Position numbers and translations under genes: made by a program. 62,380 bases of DNA, from positions 1 to 62,380 of IMG/VR virus record IMGVR_UViG_3300037783_000004, one strand, 5' to 3'. Of this stretch, positions 28,355 to 37,862 are shown piece after piece. Numbering within the stretch: the first letter of the stretch is position 1; each line of letters begins with the position of its first letter. The DNA is from a virus (Duplodnaviria > Caudoviricetes). The notes below the pieces were generated by a model. The model made no database searches and was not told the origin of the DNA. It worked only from the letters and a program-made list of their open reading frames with translations.

Positions 28355-29097
28355 TGTCAAACATCCCCGGTTACCTTCAAAGCGAACTCGTCACACCGTC
28401 CTACTATCAGGCGGACAAGAACAGCGACATGTTCTACTCGCCCACCTACAACATCGCGCCAAACTCTCAGTCAAGGCTCCTTGGCCCAGACGGTATGAAG
28501 GAAGAAGAGTTGCGCCGCACCGTCAACGCAGCCTCAATGCCCCACCCGGACCTCATGCCCGCAGGTGGACCTAACTGGTTCTTTGCGCGCCACTCATCAA
28601 TCAAGGGGGTAGCCGAACCTAAGTGGTCGCTCCATGCGATCCCCGGCCTCGACCTCGAAGCGCTTTCCAAGTACACCACGCTCCCGCCCATCATCACCGA
28701 CATGAAAGTCATCCAAGAAGAGAACCGCATCGAGTACACCCAAGACGCCTCAATCTTCTGGAAGCGCCCCAACGAATGGCTAAACACTCAGCTAGACGTT
28801 GTCCCGCTCTGGATGAACGGCTCCTACTACGTCCCGCAAGCTGAGACAGACATGTTCTGCATCCAAGCCTACAAGGACCGCCACCTCTGGAAGCGAGACG
28901 CAATGGGCCTCAAAGCTGGCGACACCGTCATTATCAACAAAGCCTCCGACAAGGACTACTTGATGACGCTCTATGGCGACATCATCATCCGTGGCGACCT
29001 CTATCCCACCGAAGAAATCCTCACCATCACCAGCGAAGACGTTGCAATCACCGCTGAAACCGACACCGTCCTGCTGAGAAACTACTATGAAGGTTGA
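28354..29097 (+). CDS. Hypothetical protein, possible beta-barrel/cupin-like C-terminus (start MSNIPG)
   Basis: TAATG coupling; beta-rich C-terminus. Confidence 0.65.
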   Translation: MSNIPGYLQSELVTPSYYQADKNSDMFYSPTYNIAPNSQSRLLGPDGMKEEELRRTVNAASMPHPDLMPAGGPNWFFARHSSIKGVAEPKWSLHAIPGLDLEALSKYTTLPPIITDMKVIQEENRIEYTQDASIFWKRPNEWLNTQLDVVPLWMNGSYYVPQAETDMFCIQAYKDRHLWKRDAMGLKAGDTVIINKASDKDYLMTLYGDIIIRGDLYPTEEILTITSEDVAITAETDTVLLRNYYEG

Positions 29098-29644
29098 TCC
29101 CCTTTATTGGGAATTCCCCAAAGCCCTGAGCCCCGCCCTCTGCAACCTGATCGTCCAAGAGGGGATGGAGCTTCCGTCACTCCCCGGCAAGACCGGGGGC
29201 GACACTGAAGACGACGCCAAGGAAACCAGCGCCCGCGACAGCGCCATCGCGTGGATGGACGAGAACCACTGGGTCACGCACATGCTGCGCGGCTTCATCC
29301 TCTCGGCCAACCGCCAAGCGTGGAACTTCGACGTAGACAAACTTCCGGCCACCCAATTCACCTCCTATGGGCTGAACCAGCACTACAAGCTGCACATGGA
29401 TACGTTCGCGCTAAAGTCTCCCATGCGCAAGCTCTCCATCGTGGCCCAGCTCTCCGACCCCGCCTCATACGAGGGCGGCGAATTTTTCTTTGATTGGGCA
29501 GGCGAGCGTTTTTCACCCGCCAACTTCAAAGCCCAAGGCTCTATTATCGTCTTTCCGTCCTTCGTCACACACGAAGTCACGCCCATGACCAAGGGCACGC
29601 GTCACAGTATCGTGAACTGGATGCAAGGCCCGGCGCTCAAATAG
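29087..29644 (+). CDS. 2OG-Fe(II) oxygenase (prolyl-4-hydroxylase/PKHD-like)
   Basis: HMD, RKLS, YEGGE, FPS...HEVTP...GTRHS. Confidence 0.9.
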   Translation: MKVDPLYWEFPKALSPALCNLIVQEGMELPSLPGKTGGDTEDDAKETSARDSAIAWMDENHWVTHMLRGFILSANRQAWNFDVDKLPATQFTSYGLNQHYKLHMDTFALKSPMRKLSIVAQLSDPASYEGGEFFFDWAGERFSPANFKAQGSIIVFPSFVTHEVTPMTKGTRHSIVNWMQGPALK

Positions 29645-29718
29645 TCGCACCCGGACGACGCTAACGCGCACGTAAGCCATAAAGGGTATATTATGGCCTC
29701 AAACGTGAAAGCACCCTT

Positions 29719-29994
29719 ATGCCACAAGACTTTTTTGATTGGCTTGGTATCTCCGGTATCATTGCCCTACTCGGAGGTGCCTTCGGGTACGGACAATTGA
29801 AGCACCAAGTGAACACCCTCGAACGCGAACACAAGGACATCAAATCTGAAGTCCACGATGGCCGTGTCCTCACAGGCCAGAATGCGGTGACCCTCGCCCG
29901 CGTCGAAGAAAGAATGGAAACCGTTAAAGACGACATCGCAGAAATCAAAGCCATGATGCTATCACGGCTGCACGCCGGAGACCCAAAGCCATGA
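29719..29994 (+). CDS. TM plus coiled-coil small protein
   Basis: One N-terminal TM helix, then coiled coil. Confidence 0.65.
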   Translation: MPQDFFDWLGISGIIALLGGAFGYGQLKHQVNTLEREHKDIKSEVHDGRVLTGQNAVTLARVEERMETVKDDIAEIKAMMLSRLHAGDPKP

Positions 29995-30323
29995 ATTTCG
30001 CACAAGCCATCATGCAGATGGGTCCATCTCTGGACACTGAGGCTGTCACGCCAGACGGCTTCGACATGTTTTTCGAAAAGCGCGACGAAGGAGCGTATGA
30101 CGAAGCGTCTGAATTCCTGCGCGCACACATTGCCTCGATGGAAGGGCTGGACGCCGAAAGCCAAATCTTTGAAGGCAACGCCCCATCCTTCGGCACAGGC
30201 CGCATGTTCACGGGCCTTGGCTATAACGGCTCGCGCCCTGTTCCAACCGAGACAAACAACTTCGGCGCTATAGTCATGGACAACAACGAAATCTCTGACA
30301 GGATGACAGACGAGACCCAATAG
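29991..30323 (+). CDS. Hypothetical protein
   Basis: 110 aa, GGAG RBS. Confidence 0.65.
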   Translation: MNFAQAIMQMGPSLDTEAVTPDGFDMFFEKRDEGAYDEASEFLRAHIASMEGLDAESQIFEGNAPSFGTGRMFTGLGYNGSRPVPTETNNFGAIVMDNNEISDRMTDETQ

Positions 30324-30354
30324 GCTAACGTCTACCGCACAAAAGGAGCCAGCC

Positions 30355-30486
30355 ATGAAGTCCATCCCTCGCAAAGGAAAAGCAATGCCCGGTAAGAAGG
30401 CGTGCCCGACCGACAAAAAATTCAAGCCTGTCTTTGGGGCAAAGACACCATCACGCACATCCAAAAAAGGATACCGCAAAGCCTAA
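30355..30486 (+). CDS. 43-aa highly basic peptide (not in ORF track)
   Basis: MKSIPRKGKAMPGKKACPTDKKFKPVFGAKTPSRTSKKGYRKA; AAGGAG RBS; TAATG coupling. Confidence 0.6.
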   Translation: MKSIPRKGKAMPGKKACPTDKKFKPVFGAKTPSRTSKKGYRKA

Positions 30487-30824
30487 TGGAACCACTCGAA
30501 CAGTCACTAGAACCCAAACTCACACCCACCCAAATCAACAAACAATACGCAGCGCTCTCGAAGATGCTTGCGTCTGAAGGGTGGGCCATCGTCTCTGCCG
30601 CCCTCAAGGAAGACACCTTCGCTCTGGCCCTCTCTCTTGGCTACGACGCCAAGATGGACGACACCCAGATGCACTTCGTGCGAGGTGAACTTGCTGCAAT
30701 GAGAAAAATGGCCGGATACCCCGACCGTCTCAAGGCCGCACTTGAAAACGAAATTCGCATAATGGATGCGAAAGCTGCATCGGATCAGGCAGTCAAAGAA
30801 GCTGATCCCAACAATCCCCGCTAA
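30486..30824 (+). CDS. Head-assembly-associated protein (start MEPLEQ)
   Basis: SEGW...RG pattern typical of pre-scaffold genes. Confidence 0.6.
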   Translation: MEPLEQSLEPKLTPTQINKQYAALSKMLASEGWAIVSAALKEDTFALALSLGYDAKMDDTQMHFVRGELAAMRKMAGYPDRLKAALENEIRIMDAKAASDQAVKEADPNNPR

Positions 30825-30845
30825 GGCCGGGAGAAGGAAAATAAA

Positions 30846-31865
30846 ATGGACCCGAACAAAATTCCGTTCGCAGCCGCATCTGGCATCGTGGATAAGAGGC
30901 TAGGCGCAGACCCCAACGCACCTGCCCCGGCTCCCGCACCGGCACCAGCCCCCGACAAAGAGACCAAGACGAAAGAGAGCGAGGCCATTAAAGCCCTGTC
31001 TCCTGAAGACGAAGGCTCCAAGACCAAAGCCGAAGCCATCATGTACGAGATCGACATGGGCGACGGCAAAACTGAGAAGCTCACCCCTTCTCAGATCAGC
31101 GGCATGATGAACCGCTACAAAGACCTCAACTACAAGTCCATGCAATATGGCAATGTAAACAAGGTCGTAGAAGCCGCCATCAAGGCTGGGATCGCGAAAG
31201 ACCCCAACGACGCCGCTCAAAAAATCCTCAATCTGATGAAGGGCACGCAGTCCCAGCCACAGATGGGTGACGACGGCAAAGACAAAAGCCGCCCAGCCGA
31301 AGCAGCGTCTCGCACACCAGAAGAACAACTGGCCGAACTCGAAAAGTGGGAAAACGACAACGCCGTCGCACTTCCACCGGGCTACAAAGAAATGCTCACT
31401 GGCACTGGCGAGCGCTTCAACAAGCTCGAACAGATGCTTGGCAAAGTCCTTCAAGCCTCACAGCGTAACGCCGAGATCGGCGCAGAAGCCGCTCTCGATG
31501 GCCGTATGTCTCAAGCGGACGCGCGCTCCAAGCACATCGCTAACGTCCTGAACGCCGGAGCCCAGAAAGTCGGCCTCACCGAGGAAGACGCTGGCGACTT
31601 CCGCATGTTCGCCGCTGAACGCGGCTACATTCAAGACGACTTTGCTGACCCGCGCCTCACCCTGAAGCTCATGGAAGACTACAAGAACTCCAAAGGCTCA
31701 GAGGAATTCGCTCGCATGAAAGAAATTCACGGTCGCCGCCAAGCCTTCACTGGCTCGATCCCGAACACGCCGGGCGGCGGAGCACCAGCGGCACCAGCAG
31801 GCGACAGCACGCTCGAACGTCTCGGCCAACTGGCCCAAAACAAACGCAGCGTTCAGTCCAACTAG
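30846..31865 (+). CDS. Capsid scaffolding protein
   Basis: Acidic helical protein with Pro-rich ends directly before the MCP. Confidence 0.75.
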   Translation: MDPNKIPFAAASGIVDKRLGADPNAPAPAPAPAPAPDKETKTKESEAIKALSPEDEGSKTKAEAIMYEIDMGDGKTEKLTPSQISGMMNRYKDLNYKSMQYGNVNKVVEAAIKAGIAKDPNDAAQKILNLMKGTQSQPQMGDDGKDKSRPAEAASRTPEEQLAELEKWENDNAVALPPGYKEMLTGTGERFNKLEQMLGKVLQASQRNAEIGAEAALDGRMSQADARSKHIANVLNAGAQKVGLTEEDAGDFRMFAAERGYIQDDFADPRLTLKLMEDYKNSKGSEEFARMKEIHGRRQAFTGSIPNTPGGGAPAAPAGDSTLERLGQLAQNKRSVQSN

Positions 31866-31887
31866 ACGCAAGCACACACTTTTTTTC

Positions 31888-31922
31888 GGGGACCGGGTAG
31901 ACACCTTGGTCCCCTTTCTTTT
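31888..31922 (+). terminator. Intrinsic terminator-like hairpin between scaffold and MCP
   Basis: GGGGACC...GGTCCCC followed by TTTCTTTT. Confidence 0.65.
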
Positions 31923-32065
31923 ATCTTGTGACCAGATCGGACGCTACGGCTTCATTCAACGGTCCACATTCGAGCAATAACCCGCCCAAGAGTGATCGTT
32001 CCTCCGGCGCTTAAAAGCTCATCTAGCCCATCCTATTCAGCCATCAACCAATGGAGATTTTTCTC

Positions 32066-33238
32066 ATGGCTATCCAAGGTGTACGGGGTACTGGTGAGTT
32101 CAGCACCGACTACCGTCCAAAAAATTACCGCGAACTGTTCACGCTCCTTGAGCCGAACGGTAACGCACCCCTGAACGCTCTGCTGTCATTCGGCGCGTCT
32201 GAAGACACCGATGACCCTGAGTTCAAGAACTTCCGCGACGAACTGCCTGAGCGTACGCTTCAGGTGAACGGCGCTGTTGCTGACACATCCACAGGCACGA
32301 TTACGGTCGATGCTGCGGACGGCAACAAGTATGCCATCGCGGGCGCAATCGTCATCAACTCTGAGACTGGCGAAGTCATGCACGTGACTGCGGACACTAC
32401 CGCAACCACGCTGACCGTGACCCGGAACATTGGCGGGACTACCCACCAAATTGCCGACAACGCTATGCTCTTTGTTGCTGGATTTGCGGCGGCTGAAAAC
32501 GCCGACGTTGCAACACCGATCACGTTCGACGCGACGGTCGCAAGCAACTACACGCAAATCTTCCGGTCTGCGTTCGGTGTTTCGAACACGTTGAAGTCAA
32601 CCTATCTCCGCACCGGGGACAAGGAAGACGAAGCGATGACGAAAGCGCTGAAGCTGCACATGTCCGACATCGAACGCGCGATGTTCTTTGGCTACAAGCA
32701 CGAAGCGAACGGCTCTTCTGCCGCTCCAACCCGCTACACTGGCGGTCTGCTCAACAGCCTCTCTACGGTCATTGACTGTAACTCCGACATCGACGGCGAC
32801 GGCTCTATGTCTGAAGCCCAGTTCGACCAGCAACTCATTTCGACCATCTTCAAGTATGGCTCGAAAGAAAAAATCGCCTTCGTTGGCGAGAACGTTGCTG
32901 CTCACTTGCAAGAGTTCGGCAAGGAACGGTGGGCACCTGAAAGCGTACAAGGCGCTTACGGTGTGAACCTGACCCGCTACCAGACTTTTGCTGGCGACCT
33001 GATGGTTCACCTGCACCCGCAGTTCCGTCAGCTCTCGCACATGGCGAACAGCATGGTCATTGTGGACTTCCCTCACCTGAAGTACCGCTACCTCAAGGAT
33101 CGCGACACCGCGCTCTATGAGAACCGCCAAGGCAACGGCGTTGACGGCTGCATCCACGAGTACCTGACCGAGTGCGGTCTGGAACTCTTGCAGGACAAAG
33201 TCCACGCCTACATCAAGAACTGGTCTACCAACACCTAG
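32066..33238 (+). CDS. Major capsid protein (DUF5309/SU10-like) with inserted beta domain
   Basis: NYTQIFR, DIERAMFFG, RYTGGL, ECGLE; GGAG RBS before MAIQG. Confidence 0.85.
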   Translation: MAIQGVRGTGEFSTDYRPKNYRELFTLLEPNGNAPLNALLSFGASEDTDDPEFKNFRDELPERTLQVNGAVADTSTGTITVDAADGNKYAIAGAIVINSETGEVMHVTADTTATTLTVTRNIGGTTHQIADNAMLFVAGFAAAENADVATPITFDATVASNYTQIFRSAFGVSNTLKSTYLRTGDKEDEAMTKALKLHMSDIERAMFFGYKHEANGSSAAPTRYTGGLLNSLSTVIDCNSDIDGDGSMSEAQFDQQLISTIFKYGSKEKIAFVGENVAAHLQEFGKERWAPESVQGAYGVNLTRYQTFAGDLMVHLHPQFRQLSHMANSMVIVDFPHLKYRYLKDRDTALYENRQGNGVDGCIHEYLTECGLELLQDKVHAYIKNWSTNT

Positions 33239-33326
33239 TGGGTGCGGGACGACCAGCCTCTTGAAGGCTATTATGTTAAAGGCGTTCCCTCGTGGAACGC
33301 CTTTTTCACAATTGGAGAAAATCACC

Positions 33327-33839
33327 ATGAGCAACACCGACATGGAAGATATGGCCGCAGCAGCAGCCGCCCTTGACCAAGCCCCCGAACAACCAGATAA
33401 CGTAGATGATGAAGTATCTACCGAACCTGATACCGACGTGGCTGAGGCCAGCGAGGCCGCTGACGCCAAAGACGATGCTGACAAGCCCAAGCCCGAGCCA
33501 AACTTCAACACGGATCACGTCCAAGCGCGACCGTCTCCGGAGACCGCACTTGCGGCGGCGGCAGTTGGCAATGGCCAACAAGGGGCGGACGATAATCCGT
33601 TGTCGGCACCTCAAGGCGCAGCACCGACTGATGGCATTAGCGACGATGACCATCCCTTTGTCAGTCGCGAGAGAGAGCCTGTTCAGTTCGTAATCTGCGG
33701 GATTTCCCCAGTACGTCTGGACGACATGCGCTTGCGTTGGGACATCCCCAAAGACAAGGTCAATCGCGTCAGACGTCATCACCACGTCGTAACGAACCGC
33801 GTCGTCGATACGATGCCGACCGTCGAATACGAGGACTAA
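33327..33839 (+). CDS. Acidic hypothetical protein (start MSNTD)
   Basis: GGAG RBS. Confidence 0.65.
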   Translation: MSNTDMEDMAAAAAALDQAPEQPDNVDDEVSTEPDTDVAEASEAADAKDDADKPKPEPNFNTDHVQARPSPETALAAAAVGNGQQGADDNPLSAPQGAAPTDGISDDDHPFVSREREPVQFVICGISPVRLDDMRLRWDIPKDKVNRVRRHHHVVTNRVVDTMPTVEYED

Positions 33840-33842
33840 TCC

Positions 33843-34331
33843 ATGGCCGAGAAGTCAAACCTGAACCCGCAAACCACGGACAACTATTCGCCGCTTGGTG
33901 ACCTAGCCACCATGGCCCTGCGCTCGTTCGGGGACTTCTCGTCTCGGAAAATCCAAGGCGCAGCCGAACTCATGTTCGTCATGTTCGCCAATCAATTGAT
34001 CGAAGAAGTCCGCCAGCACCCATACTGGCCGGATGACACGCCAATTGATTACTACAAGTCCGCAACTGAGACCCGCGAAATCCCTGACATGATCATGGTC
34101 GCGGGCCTCCTCTACATGTATGCGATGCAGCAGAAGTCACAGATCGCTCCGACCTATGGCCAAGCGTACGCCCGCACAATGAACCAAGTTCTCTGGAACC
34201 GCCTCAACGGCAACACCGCCATCCAATTGCGCGTCCAAGACAATGGCTCCAACGAGAACTACGAACAAGGAAGCGCATCCACCATCAACGGTCTGGTCTC
34301 AGACACCGATGGTAACGTCACAAGCACCTAA
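33843..34331 (+). CDS. Head-tail adaptor candidate
   Basis: Size, position and HPYW motif. Confidence 0.6.
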   Translation: MAEKSNLNPQTTDNYSPLGDLATMALRSFGDFSSRKIQGAAELMFVMFANQLIEEVRQHPYWPDDTPIDYYKSATETREIPDMIMVAGLLYMYAMQQKSQIAPTYGQAYARTMNQVLWNRLNGNTAIQLRVQDNGSNENYEQGSASTINGLVSDTDGNVTST

Positions 34332-35851
34332 TGGCCAAGTACACGCAGAGCCCCGACCTCGTCAAAAAGAAGCCGACGGCCTATGAAAACTTCATGGGCC
34401 TCGACGGCTATTCGGACATTCGCTCGCTCGACACTGGCAACAATCAATACCTCATCAGCCTCCGCAATGGCTTCTGCGATCAGCGCGGTCAAGTCGTGCG
34501 TGATCCGGGCGGCGTCAAAATCCAAGGCGACCACCCCGTCATCGACGTTGAGTTCTACACTCCGACAAAGGTCTGCTACGCGGAGCGAGACGGTAAGGCC
34601 GTCAACCTCCAATCCGAAGAGGGCCACGAACAGACTGAAGCGTTCAGCCGCTCAGCTCTCGTCTCCTCTACCGTCTTTAACCGCCGCGTCCACTTCTTCG
34701 CAGAGGCCGAAGCCTCGTGGATTTACGACGGCACCAACTTTGGAACCAACACCTCGCCCTCCCTCAATCTCCTCCGCCCTGCGTTTGGCACCACAGTTGG
34801 CCGACGTCTCGCCGTTGCAGGAGCACGTGGACGTGAAACCGAAATCCACTTCAGTCGCGTAGACGATCACCGCATCTTTCCAGAAGACGAAGCCGAGGGC
34901 GAAGCATCCGTGCTCCGCGCTGGCGTACTCGACATCGCGAACCAGTTGGATCGCGCAGAGGGCATTACGGGCATCTCCAAATTCGAGCAGTCCCGTCTGG
35001 CCGTGTTCACCTCAGAGAGAACCCTCATCTACCTGATCGATCCAAACATTGATCTATGGGCTCTTGATGACAAAGCTGCTATCAACATTGGGTGCGTTTC
35101 GCACCGCACTATCGTACGGGCTGGTACGGACATTCTTTTTTGCTCTCGCAGTGGCGTTCATTTCCTTCGCCGCTCTGTTGCTAATGGTATCACGATTGAG
35201 AGCAATTCGATGTCGAAGCCCATCGAAATCCTCTACCGCTCTCTTGTTGCCTCCGTCGAAGACGAAGCAGAAATCTCAGCCTGTTACGATCCTGACATGC
35301 GGCAGTATCATATCTTCTTCCCGCAGCCCGGTGAGCAGCTTGCGAAACGTCTCACCGTCACGATCCGCGAGAACGAAGACGAAAATCCTCCCGCGTGGAG
35401 TGACGCCGATTTCCTTAATTCCCGATGTGGAGCCTTCCTTGGGGGACGATTGGTATACGGAACGAGCGGCGGCATTTACGACATCCAGAAAATCGAAGTT
35501 GGACCCGACGACGTAGACAATCTAATCTCGCCCGACCTCTACGTGAAAACACCCATGCTCTGGCACGGCTCATTCGTCGATGAGAAGCAAGTCAAAGAGA
35601 TCATCCTTCAGGCTGCGGGCTCCGGTCTTCTCCGCTGTAACGTCTACGACGACGAGGGCGCGCTCATCTACGACTTCAGCGTCGAGGTAGACGAGAGCCC
35701 GGACGACAACTTCTACCCAGATGTACCATTGTCCCAAGAATACCAAATCCCCCTCAACCTGCGTTATCGGGGTGCGCAGTACGAATTCATGGTCGAGGGC
35801 GACGGTCTCTGTCGCATCATCGGCTTCGCAATAAACGTGAAGGACAAATAA
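34331..35851 (+). CDS. Tail nozzle/tubular protein B-like
   Basis: 506-aa beta-rich protein; IGCVS...DILFCSRSG. Confidence 0.7.
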   Translation: MAKYTQSPDLVKKKPTAYENFMGLDGYSDIRSLDTGNNQYLISLRNGFCDQRGQVVRDPGGVKIQGDHPVIDVEFYTPTKVCYAERDGKAVNLQSEEGHEQTEAFSRSALVSSTVFNRRVHFFAEAEASWIYDGTNFGTNTSPSLNLLRPAFGTTVGRRLAVAGARGRETEIHFSRVDDHRIFPEDEAEGEASVLRAGVLDIANQLDRAEGITGISKFEQSRLAVFTSERTLIYLIDPNIDLWALDDKAAINIGCVSHRTIVRAGTDILFCSRSGVHFLRRSVANGITIESNSMSKPIEILYRSLVASVEDEAEISACYDPDMRQYHIFFPQPGEQLAKRLTVTIRENEDENPPAWSDADFLNSRCGAFLGGRLVYGTSGGIYDIQKIEVGPDDVDNLISPDLYVKTPMLWHGSFVDEKQVKEIILQAAGSGLLRCNVYDDEGALIYDFSVEVDESPDDNFYPDVPLSQEYQIPLNLRYRGAQYEFMVEGDGLCRIIGFAINVKDK

Positions 35852-37398
35852 TGGCACGCTTGCGACAACAAAATCCGGGGAACTACACCTCCTCTGGCAA
35901 CATTTCCAACGAGTTTGAGAACCTCGTCCGCTACCTCGTGGCTGCTGAATTCGGCAACAAGACACTTGGTGAGCTTCTCGACCAGCTCTTCGACGACAAC
36001 GGCGAATGGGAAGGCCCCATCGAAATGCGTCTCGACACCTCGGCTGGCCTTCAGTTCCGGGTTGGAACATACACAGATGAAACTTCAGGGTGGCAAACCA
36101 TTGTCGCTCTCGAAGATATTCGCGGCGCATCTGGCCTCGACGTTGGCACACTGGGAGCACCGATCCTTTACTCCCGCCAAGACAGTCAGCCTGCTGCGTC
36201 TGCCACTGTTGTCGCCTATGCTCACGACGATACCGACGAACTCCTCGTCTATGTAGACGGCGTGCTCCAAGTCGAAGGCGGCTCCAACGACTACACGCAC
36301 GACGCGGACGACGACGAAGTCACGTTCACCAGCCCCTTCGCTGGCACTGAGACCGTCTCGATCTACAAAATCCGCGCCGATGCAATTACCAACTTCCTCC
36401 GCAGTGACACGACCACGGTTGCGACCCAGTCAGTGTTCCCGTTTGTCCACGATGATGACACCGTCTTGCAGGTCTACAAGAACGGTATCCTCCAACGTGA
36501 GGGTGGCGCATACGATTACACGACTTCACCTGCCAGCGATACTGTTACCTTCACCAGCCCAGTTACGGCGGGGAACCTTGTCTCGATCATCACGGTGGAA
36601 AACACCAGCTCGACAACTGTCACGGGCTTGATGACCGAAAGCAACTTCACGGACCTCGCCACTGGCCTGATCCTCTTCTCTAAGCTCGGCATCGAAGACG
36701 GTGACATCGCGCAGGCAAAAGTCTCTGGCCTGACCGATCACATCGCATCAGCAGCCAAGCTCTCAGTGAGTGGTACATCCCCTGTATCACCGACCTCTGG
36801 CGACTTGTGGATGGACACGTCCACGAGCCCGAACATCTTGAAGTTCTATGACGGAACGCAATGGCTGGAAACCAGCCCTGAAAGTGGCCTGCCGACCTTC
36901 ACGACAGCGGACGCAAACAAGAACGTCCGCGTCAACGGCACGGGCACAGCACTTGAGTATGCCACGCCGGACTACAGCTCACTCGTCGCTCAATCTGAAA
37001 AAGGCGCTGCAAACGGCGTGGCATCCCTCGACAGTGACGGCAAGCTCCCGCAGGCCCAGCTTCCAGACGTTCTGGCCAGCCTCTCAATCTACGACTTGCA
37101 GTCAGGCGCAGTCGCCAACGGCTCATTCGACATTCAGCGCATCTTCAAGCAGCGCGTCGAGATCGTCGGCGTCTCGCTCCAATCCAGCGCAGGCACCTGT
37201 ACTTGGCAGCTCGAAGTCGATGGCGTTGCCGTCGGTGACACCCAATCAGTTTCAACCACACCTAACCACGTAACATTCGGCACAGCCCAACAGATCGATG
37301 CGACCTCCGCTTCTGCCAAGATTGGCTTTGAAGTAACGTCTCAATCTTCTCTGGCTGACCTCGAAGTAACGCTGGCGGTCCAAATCCTGAGTGACTAA
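35851..37398 (+). CDS. Tail fibre/structural protein
   Basis: Two VYxxGxLQ...DYT repeats; GDLW; GAANGVASLDSDGKLP. Confidence 0.75.
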   Translation: MARLRQQNPGNYTSSGNISNEFENLVRYLVAAEFGNKTLGELLDQLFDDNGEWEGPIEMRLDTSAGLQFRVGTYTDETSGWQTIVALEDIRGASGLDVGTLGAPILYSRQDSQPAASATVVAYAHDDTDELLVYVDGVLQVEGGSNDYTHDADDDEVTFTSPFAGTETVSIYKIRADAITNFLRSDTTTVATQSVFPFVHDDDTVLQVYKNGILQREGGAYDYTTSPASDTVTFTSPVTAGNLVSIITVENTSSTTVTGLMTESNFTDLATGLILFSKLGIEDGDIAQAKVSGLTDHIASAAKLSVSGTSPVSPTSGDLWMDTSTSPNILKFYDGTQWLETSPESGLPTFTTADANKNVRVNGTGTALEYATPDYSSLVAQSEKGAANGVASLDSDGKLPQAQLPDVLASLSIYDLQSGAVANGSFDIQRIFKQRVEIVGVSLQSSAGTCTWQLEVDGVAVGDTQSVSTTPNHVTFGTAQQIDATSASAKIGFEVTSQSSLADLEVTLAVQILSD

Positions 37399-37862
37399 TG
37401 AAGATCAGACCCACGAGCGAAGGCCAGAAGTTCCTCGCAATGGCGGCGGCAGCCAAGATCAAATGCCCGCCGTTTCCAGAACCCAACACTTCAATCGGGT
37501 TTCTGAACGAGGAAGACGCGCTCGTCGGCGGCGTAACTTTCACCAACTTCACAGGGCGCGAAATCTGGGCAAGCATCTGGTGCGATGATCCGCGTATGTG
37601 GACGCGCACAAACCTCTTCACCATGTTCGACTATTGCTTCGGAACCTGCAACGTCCGGCGCATTAGCGTTATCGTCAAGGCGGACAACAGCAAGTCCCTC
37701 AGTATGGTAAGAAAACTAGGGTTCGTACAAGAAGGCGTCTCACGGGACTTCTTCGCGGACGGTTTAGATGGCATTCTATTCGGGATGCTCAAAGAAGAAT
37801 GTAAGTGGATCAAGCGAAATGGGAAAAAAGGACAGTCCAGCGCCACCTCCGTTGCCGCCTGA
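37398..37862 (+). CDS. GNAT acetyltransferase (virion module)
   Basis: NSKSLSMVRKLGFVQEGVSR...GMLKEEC. Confidence 0.8.
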   Translation: MKIRPTSEGQKFLAMAAAAKIKCPPFPEPNTSIGFLNEEDALVGGVTFTNFTGREIWASIWCDDPRMWTRTNLFTMFDYCFGTCNVRRISVIVKADNSKSLSMVRKLGFVQEGVSRDFFADGLDGILFGMLKEECKWIKRNGKKGQSSATSVAA

